DNA from: Bacteroidales bacterium
GTDB lineage: Bacteria; Bacteroidota; Bacteroidia; Bacteroidales; UBA7960
Length of the DNA: 64,000 nt
Reading direction: 5' to 3'
Assembly (NCBI GenBank): GCA_003559855.1
Contig: PWJZ01000067.1
Span: forward strand, 36-64,035
This document shows, piece by piece, positions 56,081 through 64,000 of the stretch. The position numbers and the translations under genes were made by a program. The first letter of the stretch is position 1; each line of letters opens with the position of its first letter. Under the pieces are notes generated by a model, which saw only the letters and a list, made by a program, of their open reading frames with translations, made no database searches and was not told the DNA's origin.

Positions 56081-56293
56081 ATGATGATTATTGTTTTAAT
56101 GTTATATTTTACATTGATTTTTTGAAATAATTGCCAAAAATAAGCTTAATAACCTTTATTACAAAAAAAAACACCCTGATTACTGATTTTAATATGCATC
56201 CAACTGTTATAGACCGGTCGTTTATTAGTATAATCGGGCAATACAGGTAAGGGTGAAAATTTGTTATTTTTTCAGGAAAATATAACCCGCTTA

Positions 56294-58378
56294 TCACCTG
56301 ACAATATGCACTACTCCGTGTGCACGTCGTTTAACGCCAAGACGTTCATAAGTCAGAACATAATAATAGACTCCATCAGGTGCTCCTTCACCGGCCCACC
56401 AGTTACCGTAATAGTTGGAATGTTCAAACACTTTATCTCCCCATCTGTTGTATATGATTATCCGGGCTTTTTCGTAATGTTCAAGATTTATGATCTCAAA
56501 ATAGTCATTAATGCCATCATAGTTTGGTGTGAACACATTCGGAATTTGCAGTTCACAGTTTTCGTCTGTAATTTCTATTTCTACAGAGGCTAAACATCCG
56601 CTGATGGTGTCTGTAATATCCACACGGTAAGTACCTGTTTCTTTTGCCATCAGGGTATCATAGGTTCTTCCGGGAAGTTGGGTATTTTCCAGGTACCATT
56701 GGTATATCCAGTTGTATCCGTCATTGTTGACAGGGTTTACGGTAAGCAATGTTGAGTCGCCTTCACAAAAGGTTAAATCATGCACTTGATGGTATGATAT
56801 TATTTCGGCTTCAGGAAGGGGTAATATGTTCACATAAACAGTGGTATCGTAGGTACAGTTGAAATTATCGGTTATTTCGAATCTGAACTCATAATCGCCT
56901 TTTTCATCTTTAATGGCCGTAGCGGGATTTCCTTCCAGCGGATTTCCGTTGTCATACCATATTTCGCTGACCACTTCTGGTGTGAAGATCAGTGAGTCGG
57001 GGTAGAAGTCATCATGAAAGAATAGATTCCAGCCCGACATGTAGCCGTTGCTGGTGGGCGTATTGTCGGTTACGGTCAATGTCCATGTGCCGTTTAACGG
57101 GCAACCTGTAAGGTTTTCCAATGATTCGTATGACGTATAAGTTCCTTCGGGCAGATATGCAGCATTGGCGTAATAGTTGCCTGCCTGGTCGGTATAGCCG
57201 TGATAGTTGGGTGTGGTATGGTTCATAAGGCCATATTCGGGTGTTGGCGTGAAACAATATTCATATCCTATGCCGGGCGTAACATTATCATATACAACGG
57301 GTTCACCAAGGTTGGCATTAACGCCCCCGTAATCTTTAAGCATTACTTGCGAACCGTCGGGGCATAGCAGCTCAAAACGGAGATGGCTCTGATCAACGTG
57401 ATCTATAATAAGGCATATACGCCCGAAGTCATCTTCCGATTCGAGTATATCATCCTCTTCAAAAACATCAAAAGTAAGAGTTGACACGTAAGATTCGGTT
57501 GTACCGTCGGGTATTGGCACCGTATCATGAACACTTGTCGGAAAGCCTGTCCATGTGACCATATTAGCCACGCCTGTCAAAATTATGGGGTCTTCAGCAC
57601 AAATGGTGTCTCTGTTGGGTTGAGTGCCTGCAAAATAAGGAATTGTGCCTACCTGCACGGTTTCGTAAAAATCGAGTTCGCAATTATTTACAGGGTCGTA
57701 AATATTAATGTGGAAAGGATATGCCCCGGGATCATAAAATTCATGATCGAGGGTTGCACCGGTATGTGCCTGACCATTGTAATACCATTGGTATTCTATT
57801 TGATCAGGGTCATATACAACAGCCTCCGACTTGTAGTATGCTTCTGCTATAAGTGTTACGGGTCCTGTATCGGGGCATAACTTCAAGGTTTGAAGGTTGG
57901 TGGTAATATCGGCAGCAAACAGTTCGCAAATTTCGTAACATCTTATATCTGCCCACCAGCCTCTCCCGTGCTCTGAAGGCGAAGACTCAAAATGAAAATG
58001 CAGGGAATCGGATGTTGGAAATATTTTTACCCCTGTCAGCTCATCGTTGGTTGCTTGGAATAAAAGCGGGGCATCGCTGCTTCCGCCATCATAAACATAA
58101 AGATAATCGCCAGGGCCAAGGTCGAAAAAGATAAATTCGACCGATAAAAACGGCTTCTCTTCGTCCGAGCTGGTAAATGTCACAGAATAATTTTCATTTG
58201 ATCCGTAATTGGTCAGAGTATCCTTTCCGCTGTCAACAAAAAAACCGATGCAGGTTTCAATGACCTGTCCGTCATGCGTATCAATGGGATAGGTTATTTG
58301 TGATATGTCCGTGAAAGATTTCACGGGAAATAACAGGATCAATAAAAACAGGATAATCGACCGTATCATATGAAACAT
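56294..58378 (-). CDS. T9SS type B sorting-domain (gliding-motility CTD) protein with proprotein-convertase P-domain-like module
   Basis: Signal peptide. RICLIIDHVDQSHLRFELLCPDGSQVML is P-domain-like. C-terminus IPNVFTPNYDGINDYFEI...IYNRWGDKVFE...GVYYYVL is the type B CTD signature. Confidence 0.8.
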   Translation of the reverse strand: MFHMIRSIILFLLILLFPVKSFTDISQITYPIDTHDGQVIETCIGFFVDSGKDTLTNYGSNENYSVTFTSSDEEKPFLSVEFIFFDLGPGDYLYVYDGGSSDAPLLFQATNDELTGVKIFPTSDSLHFHFESSPSEHGRGWWADIRCYEICELFAADITTNLQTLKLCPDTGPVTLIAEAYYKSEAVVYDPDQIEYQWYYNGQAHTGATLDHEFYDPGAYPFHINIYDPVNNCELDFYETVQVGTIPYFAGTQPNRDTICAEDPIILTGVANMVTWTGFPTSVHDTVPIPDGTTESYVSTLTFDVFEEDDILESEDDFGRICLIIDHVDQSHLRFELLCPDGSQVMLKDYGGVNANLGEPVVYDNVTPGIGYEYCFTPTPEYGLMNHTTPNYHGYTDQAGNYYANAAYLPEGTYTSYESLENLTGCPLNGTWTLTVTDNTPTSNGYMSGWNLFFHDDFYPDSLIFTPEVVSEIWYDNGNPLEGNPATAIKDEKGDYEFRFEITDNFNCTYDTTVYVNILPLPEAEIISYHQVHDLTFCEGDSTLLTVNPVNNDGYNWIYQWYLENTQLPGRTYDTLMAKETGTYRVDITDTISGCLASVEIEITDENCELQIPNVFTPNYDGINDYFEIINLEHYEKARIIIYNRWGDKVFEHSNYYGNWWAGEGAPDGVYYYVLTYERLGVKRRAHGVVHIVR

Positions 58379-58625
58379 TTAAAAAATCAAAGGCAAATCA
58401 TTCAAAAAACATTACGCTAAAAACCATGTTTTATTTTACATTGTTCAAAACAAACCACATAAAAATCTGCCGTAAAACCACTAATTTGAGTGAAAAAAGT
58501 TGTGCAATTTACGAAAAACCTGAAAGCCGTTGTTTGAAAAAACCTAGCAAAGTTATTTTTTTTTGCAATTAGGTTGGTTGTGTCGTGGCTTTAGGTCGAA
58601 CCCCGGCTTCTTTCACAGTATGATG

Positions 58626-59201
58626 TTATTTGAGAGTTTTTCCTATTTGATAGGCGTCGCCGATTTTTTCGCCTATTTTCCGGTATTCCCTGGCGCCACC
58701 TATGTATATTAACGGGTTCATGGCTTCAACATCAAATGATCCGGGGTTGTTTACGTCACCCAACTTGTCTGTGTCCATATACAATTCAAGTATTTCGCCG
58801 GCAAAATGATTAGTGGTTCCGACTATTGATGATCGTACCAGCTTACATTCAAAGTTCAGCGGGCATTCCTTGATTATGGGAGAGGGAATGTGTTTTGACC
58901 GCATCATGGTCAGGCCTGTTTTGCCGAATTTGTCAATATCTTTTCCCGATGTTATTCCGCAAAAATCTGCTTCTACCATAATATCGGCATTTGCAATATT
59001 GACGGTAAAGTGCTTGTTTTTGAGGATTTTCTTTCCCGAATAGCCCTTTGTGCCGATGGATACCCCGAGAGTAGGCGGTGCACTGGTCAGCAATGTTACC
59101 CAGGCTATGGTAACAATGTTGGCTTTTTCAATCGTGCCCGTTACCACAAGGCTCGTGGGCATAGGAAATAAGATTTTCTGTGGTCCGAATGTAGTCTTCA
59201 T
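58626..59201 (-). CDS. Flavin reductase family protein (flavoredoxin-like FMN-binding split barrel)
   Basis: 191 aa. The pattern LFPMPTSLVVTG....NIVTIAW and the size are typical of Flavin_Reduct-domain proteins. Confidence 0.75.
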   Translation of the reverse strand: MKTTFGPQKILFPMPTSLVVTGTIEKANIVTIAWVTLLTSAPPTLGVSIGTKGYSGKKILKNKHFTVNIANADIMVEADFCGITSGKDIDKFGKTGLTMMRSKHIPSPIIKECPLNFECKLVRSSIVGTTNHFAGEILELYMDTDKLGDVNNPGSFDVEAMNPLIYIGGAREYRKIGEKIGDAYQIGKTLK

Positions 59202-59668
59202 AATTATTAAACTTTTTGATTTAAATCCGAAATTTACAAAACAAATCTTTCAGCACCAACAAACTTAAAGATTTTTTTGACCTGCTGTTGCAATACGGCT
59301 TCATGATATGAAGTTTTAACATGCCGTAGCAATCAACATAATAGATTCCGTAATTAAAACTATTTTTGCAATTGTGGCAGTATTTTTGCCATTTGATTTT
59401 TTGTCGGACGGGGGGTCAACCCTGAAACGGATTGATTCATTCTAATAAAACGCATTTAACGTTCTGAATTTTAATAATATATATTAATCAATGTTTGCCT
59501 TATTAGTATTTAATCCGGGGTACCCTCATGTCTTATTATCACTTGGTTGCCGTATGAACGGAAGATCGTTTAACCGGGTTGCTCTTAAGATTGCTAAGCT
59601 AAGTTCATCAGGTTCATTATCTTTTGTAAACGTTGGTGAATGATGGTTTCATAAGGTTATGCATAATT

Positions 59669-62131
59669 ATGAAAAGATTTTTGCTTTGCATATTATATAT
59701 TTCTCTGGCACTGTATTTCCATTCGGATCTGTACGGACAGGTTACGAGAATCAGGGGTACGGTTATTGATTCGCATACAAAAGAGCCTCTTCCTTTTGTT
59801 AATATATCCTTAATGGGTACCACCGTGGGTACCATTACCGATCTCAATGGTGAGTACTTTATTGAAACGCGTGTTGATGCCGATACTTTGGTGGTATCTT
59901 TTATGGGCTATAAACCCCAGAAAAAGGTTATAAAAAAATTCCGTTTTCAGGAGGTGAATTTTGAGCTTGAACCTGATATTTATTATCTTGAGGAAGTTGT
60001 AATTGTTCCCGGAGAGAATCCGGCTCACCCTATATTGAGAAATATCATTGCAAACAAGCATTTGCATAATCCCGAAAGATTTGATTCCTATTTTTATGAA
60101 ACGTATAATAAGATCGAAGTTGGTGTGGATAACGTTGATGAGCGTTTGAAGAGGCATCGTTTGTTGCGGGATTTCCAGTTCGTATTTGATTATGTTGATA
60201 CTTCGGCTATTACGGGAAAGGTGTTTTTGCCCGTATTTATTTCCGAGAGTACGTCGGACTATTATTACCGTCGTTTGCCGCGTTTTGAGCTGGAGATCAT
60301 AAAAGCTACCAGCACTTCGGGTGTAGAGAATGTCAGCCTGTCGGAACTTTCGGGTCATATTTATCAGCAGATCAACATTTACGAAAACTTCCTTTATGTT
60401 TTTGAACCCGGCTTTGTAAGCCCTATCTCTGACTACGGCCTTTTCTATTACAATTATCATCTTCTCGACAGCGCTTTTGTCGACGATAAATGGTGCTATC
60501 ATATTTCTTTTGTTCCGAGAAGGCGGCAGGACAGAACCTTCAGCGGTGATTTCTGGGTGAATGATACAACATATGCAATAAAAAATATCCGTATGCGCCT
60601 TTCAGTAGAGGTGAATTTTAACTTCATAAATGATTTTGTAGCCGAATTTGAATATCAGCAACTCGGCGACTCGTCATGGTTTTTGAAACAGGAAAGGATG
60701 TTTTTTGACTTTAACCTGGAGCAACGCTTTACGGGCTTTTTTGTCAACAAAACAACGTTATACTATAATATTGTTGTCAATCAGGAAACGCCGGATGATA
60801 TTTTAAGGATGAGGAACAAAATTGTTGTTGATGATGAGGCATTAAAAAGGGATCGTGAGTTTTGGGATAATAACCGTCCGGTACCCTTGACCAACCAGGA
60901 GGCTGATATTTACAAAATGGTTGATTCCATACAGGAAGTACCAATATACAGGATTTATGAAAAGCTTGTCAGCATGTTTGTTATGGACCATTATGAGCTG
61001 GGGCCCATCGAGTTAGGTCCTTATTTTCGTACTTTCAGCTTCAATGAGATTGAGGGCAACCGTATAAGGCTTAGCGGCAGGACTAGCAACAATTTCAGCA
61101 CAAATCTTATGATAAGTGCTTATTGTGCTTATGGTGAGAAAGACAGGCGGTTCAAATACGGCGGTGGTGTTTTGTACTTGTTTGACAACAACCCGCGATT
61201 TGGGATTTTTGCCAACGGTAAGTACGATATCGAACAGCTAGGACAAAGCCCGGTGGCACTGACCGATGACAACATTTTCAAATCGTTGCTTCGCCGCAGT
61301 CCTAATTACCAGCTTACAATGGTCAAAGACTTTACCGTTGGTGCAGAGAAAGAGTGGTTCAAGGGGTTTTCGAATGTGTTGACATTTACGCACCGCCGTA
61401 TAGAGCCCAACGAATATGTACCTTTTATAAAAGATGAGAACAGTCAGGAATTCGACATGGCTGAGCTTAAAACCACGGAAATAAATTTAAGGCTGCGTTT
61501 TACCAAAGATGAAAAGATACTCAGGGGTGAGTTTGAAAGGTTTAGCCTCGGAACTACCAAACCCGTTCTGAATGTAAATATAACAGCGGGGCTCAGGGAT
61601 ATTTTCGACAGCCAGTATGATTATGCCAAATTCAGGTTCAACGTTGAGCAAAGGGTGCCGGTCAGCCCGCTGGGTTTTTTCAGGTATGTTGTTGACGGCG
61701 GCTGGATCATTGGTTCAGTACCCTATCCACTGCTGCATCTGCACCCCGGAAATGAAACATATATATTTGACCGGCACGCCTTTAATATGATGAATTACTA
61801 TGAATTTGCAAGCGACAAATACATCAGTGTGTACCTGGCACATCACTTTCAGGGATTGTTTTTCAACAGGATACCCCTCATACGTAGGCTTCAGCTGCGC
61901 GAGGTTGTATCGGTGAAAGGCTTGATCGGAAGCCTTGATGATTCTCACAGGCAGGTAATGAATTACCCTGAAGGGCTGCATGGACTGTCGAAACCATATT
62001 TTGAAGTCAGCGCAGGTATAGAAAATATCTTTAAACTCTTCAGGGTAGATGCAGTATGGAGATTAAGTTATCTCGACCATGAAAATGTTGATAACTTTGG
62101 GGTGAGAATGACTATGCAGTTTACTTTTTAA
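59669..62131 (+). CDS. DUF5686-like / CarboxypepD_reg domain-containing outer-membrane-associated protein
   Basis: Signal peptide, then IRGTVIDSHTKEPLPFVNISLMGTTVGTITDLNGEYFIE (CarboxypepD_reg), then a roughly 700-aa region ending ...MTMQFTF. Start is at the ATG at 59669. Confidence 0.7.
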   Translation: MKRFLLCILYISLALYFHSDLYGQVTRIRGTVIDSHTKEPLPFVNISLMGTTVGTITDLNGEYFIETRVDADTLVVSFMGYKPQKKVIKKFRFQEVNFELEPDIYYLEEVVIVPGENPAHPILRNIIANKHLHNPERFDSYFYETYNKIEVGVDNVDERLKRHRLLRDFQFVFDYVDTSAITGKVFLPVFISESTSDYYYRRLPRFELEIIKATSTSGVENVSLSELSGHIYQQINIYENFLYVFEPGFVSPISDYGLFYYNYHLLDSAFVDDKWCYHISFVPRRRQDRTFSGDFWVNDTTYAIKNIRMRLSVEVNFNFINDFVAEFEYQQLGDSSWFLKQERMFFDFNLEQRFTGFFVNKTTLYYNIVVNQETPDDILRMRNKIVVDDEALKRDREFWDNNRPVPLTNQEADIYKMVDSIQEVPIYRIYEKLVSMFVMDHYELGPIELGPYFRTFSFNEIEGNRIRLSGRTSNNFSTNLMISAYCAYGEKDRRFKYGGGVLYLFDNNPRFGIFANGKYDIEQLGQSPVALTDDNIFKSLLRRSPNYQLTMVKDFTVGAEKEWFKGFSNVLTFTHRRIEPNEYVPFIKDENSQEFDMAELKTTEINLRLRFTKDEKILRGEFERFSLGTTKPVLNVNITAGLRDIFDSQYDYAKFRFNVEQRVPVSPLGFFRYVVDGGWIIGSVPYPLLHLHPGNETYIFDRHAFNMMNYYEFASDKYISVYLAHHFQGLFFNRIPLIRRLQLREVVSVKGLIGSLDDSHRQVMNYPEGLHGLSKPYFEVSAGIENIFKLFRVDAVWRLSYLDHENVDNFGVRMTMQFTF

Positions 62132-62147
62132 TAGAACACGGATTTAC

Positions 62148-62164
62148 CCTGTGGAACAGGTTTT
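62148..62164 (+). terminator. Weak intrinsic terminator candidate
   Basis: cctgtGGAacagg followed by tttt, 17 nt after the stop at 62131. The stem is only 5 bp. Confidence 0.35.
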
Positions 62165-62393
62165 AAAAAAATATTCCGGTAAAGTAACGTTTTATTAATT
62201 TGATACAGCATTTTTAGTTGAAATTATGGTTTATTACACAGGGTAAACGCGTATTATCACGGATAATTATATGCAGTGACGGGCAGCGGGTGATCAGTGA
62301 AGGGTTTCCTTGCTATTTACACATCATCCTTACCCGTTATCCGTTACTTAACAGACTGTTTTCAAAACATCCCGGTGTCAAAATATTTTACAC

Positions 62394-63302
62394 ATGAAAA
62401 GGGTACTTATCATATATTACACTCAGTCGGGTCAGCTGAAGCAGATTGCTGATTCGCTTGCTGAACCTATGATCAGGGATAAAAATATTGCGGTTGATTA
62501 TTATCGAATCAAGCCGGTTGAGGAATATCCGTTTCCCTGGACTTCGGACGAGTTTTTTGATTGCATGCCCGAGTCGGTTGAAAAGTTGTCGGTTGAGTTG
62601 AATCTTGATGATTTTCCTGTTGACAATGATTATGATCTTGTGATACTGTCTTACCAGGTCTGGTACCTGTCGCCGGCTCTACCTGTCACATCGTTTTTGC
62701 GGAGTGATGTTGCAGGAGCTTTTTTTAAAGGCAGGAAGGTTATCACACTGCTCGGCGTAAGGAATATGTGGGTGATGGCGCAGGAATATGTTAAGGAATG
62801 TCTCAGGGAGCATAAGGCTGAACCGGTCGGCAATATCGTGTTGAAGGATAAGGCTCATAACCTGGTGTCGGTTCTGACAATAATAAGATGGCTGATGGGA
62901 GGCAATAAAGGGCCATACAATATCCTGCCAGAAGCAGGTGTGTCGGAAAATGATATTAAGGATACATCACGTTTTGCCGGTCCAATAATAAAGGCCTTAA
63001 ATGAAAATCATTATGATAAATTGCAGGAAGAGCTGCTTGCAAGAGGAGCTGTTGATTTGAAATATCATCTGATGCAAATGGAGAAGAATGCTTTAAGGAT
63101 CTTCAGGATATGGGCAAAGCTTATCCGCAAAAAAGGTGAAGCCGGAAACATAAAGCGACGGCTGCGTGTAAGGTTATTCAAGTATTACCTGCTGTTTGTG
63201 ATATTTGTCGTGTCGCCTGTAGCTTCGGTGGTGTTTGTTGTTAAAAGATGTTTGTTGTATCCGTCGGCGAAAAGGGAGTTATTGTATTATCAGGGGGTTT
63301 AG
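62394..63302 (+). CDS. darA: DarA-like dialkylresorcinol condensing enzyme family protein (flavodoxin-like N-terminus)
   Basis: 302 aa. It starts MKRVLIIYYTQSGQLKQIADSL and has a C-terminal hydrophobic helix. It sits immediately upstream of a DarB-like KAS III gene, as in flexirubin-type clusters. The call is from memory of the family, not from a search. Confidence 0.55.
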   Translation: MKRVLIIYYTQSGQLKQIADSLAEPMIRDKNIAVDYYRIKPVEEYPFPWTSDEFFDCMPESVEKLSVELNLDDFPVDNDYDLVILSYQVWYLSPALPVTSFLRSDVAGAFFKGRKVITLLGVRNMWVMAQEYVKECLREHKAEPVGNIVLKDKAHNLVSVLTIIRWLMGGNKGPYNILPEAGVSENDIKDTSRFAGPIIKALNENHYDKLQEELLARGAVDLKYHLMQMEKNALRIFRIWAKLIRKKGEAGNIKRRLRVRLFKYYLLFVIFVVSPVASVVFVVKRCLLYPSAKRELLYYQGV

Positions 63303-63488
63303 AAGTGGTGTTTTGAAATTTTATTGAATTAAGTTTTTTAATTATAAAGAAGTGTCTCTTTTCAGCCGGAAAAGGTGTCTGTTTTCACCTGAATATCCAC
63401 ACCAAAAAAAATTGTTGATTGCAGAATTAAAAATATTTCTTTTTCTTTGCATTTTTTAAAAATCACTTATTATTCTACTAACCTTCAC

Positions 63489-64000
63489 ATGTCAGATACA
63501 AATAATAATTCGGTTTATATTACCCGTTTATCAAAGTTTTTGCCCAATAACCCTGTTATGAATGAGGATATGGAGATTTATCTTGGTCATTTTGACGGCC
63601 AGAAATCGCGGTCGAAGAACATTATTTTGAGGAATAACGGTATAAAGAGCCGTTATTATGCTTTGGACGAGAGCGGCAGGTCGACACACACCAACTGTAA
63701 GCTTGCTTCCGAAGCCATAAAGGGTTTGACGGGTGACGGGTTTTCATTGGAAGACATTGATCTGCTGGCGTGCGGCACTACTTCGCCTGATCAGTTGCTT
63801 CCGTCGCATGCTTCCATGGTGCAGGGCAACCTGCAATGCAAGCCTGTTGAAGCGATATCTCCTGCCGGCTCTTGCAACTCGGGTATGCTGGCTCTCAAAT
63901 ACGGATACCTGTCGGTATTGTCGGGATTTTCGAAAAACGCCGTATGTTCGGGTTCAGAGAAGATATCCACATGGATACAGACCAAAAATTTCAGAGAAGA
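63489..64000 (+). CDS. darB: DarB-like beta-ketoacyl-ACP synthase III family protein (5' partial, runs off the window)
   Basis: Open frame from the ATG at 63489 to the window end: MSDTNNNSVYITRLSKFLPNNPVMNEDMEIYLG...ILRNNGIKSRYYAL...LLACGTTSPDQLLPSHASMV...SPAGSCNSGMLAL. This is a KAS III-type thiolase N-domain with an active-site Cys context. It is absent from the ORF track because it has no stop. Confidence 0.7.
   Translation, partial: MSDTNNNSVYITRLSKFLPNNPVMNEDMEIYLGHFDGQKSRSKNIILRNNGIKSRYYALDESGRSTHTNCKLASEAIKGLTGDGFSLEDIDLLACGTTSPDQLLPSHASMVQGNLQCKPVEAISPAGSCNSGMLALKYGYLSVLSGFSKNAVCSGSEKISTWIQTKNFRE

Overview
This 64 kb window looks like an ordinary chromosomal segment of a Bacteroidota-type genome. 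The evidence is T9SS type A and B C-terminal sorting domains, a CarboxypepD_reg TonB-dependent receptor with DUF4249 partners, a DUF5686 protein, darA/darB-like genes and TAnnTTTG -7 promoter boxes. I can support about 45 protein-coding genes, two tRNAs (Pro-TGG, Ser-GCT), one nonsense-riddled pseudogene, a few intrinsic terminators and several intergenic repeats. I saw no rRNA, CRISPR array, transposase, integrase or recognisable phage or defence genes.

Housekeeping and envelope genes:
- alaS, an AddB-like nuclease, an M23 peptidase and a GT4 glycosyltransferase
- two tandem paralogous cytoplasmic PAS hybrid histidine kinases
- a peptide and amino-acid scavenging set: S9, S41 and DmpA/P1 peptidases, a GNAT-nitrilase fusion, an SSF symporter, an AbgT transporter and an aminotransferase

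Most interesting candidates:
1. A tight five-gene operon at 24269-28001. It encodes a Cys-rich mini-protein, a two-cysteine DsrC-type protein, a NarI/DsrM-like membrane protein, a DsrK/HdrD-like CCG iron-sulfur protein and a SufS-type cysteine desulfurase. No dsrAB is in view.
2. Convergent FISUMP-domain paralogs. One is a chimeric 822-aa protein with an internal T9SS sorting-domain-like segment. The other carries four in-frame TAA/TAG codons and no frameshift.
3. A MurI-like racemase with a lipoprotein signal peptide.
4. A five-gene outer-membrane operon: TBDR, two DUF4249 genes, an MG2/plug-like protein and an unknown.

All functional calls come from motif recognition by eye. No database search was run.
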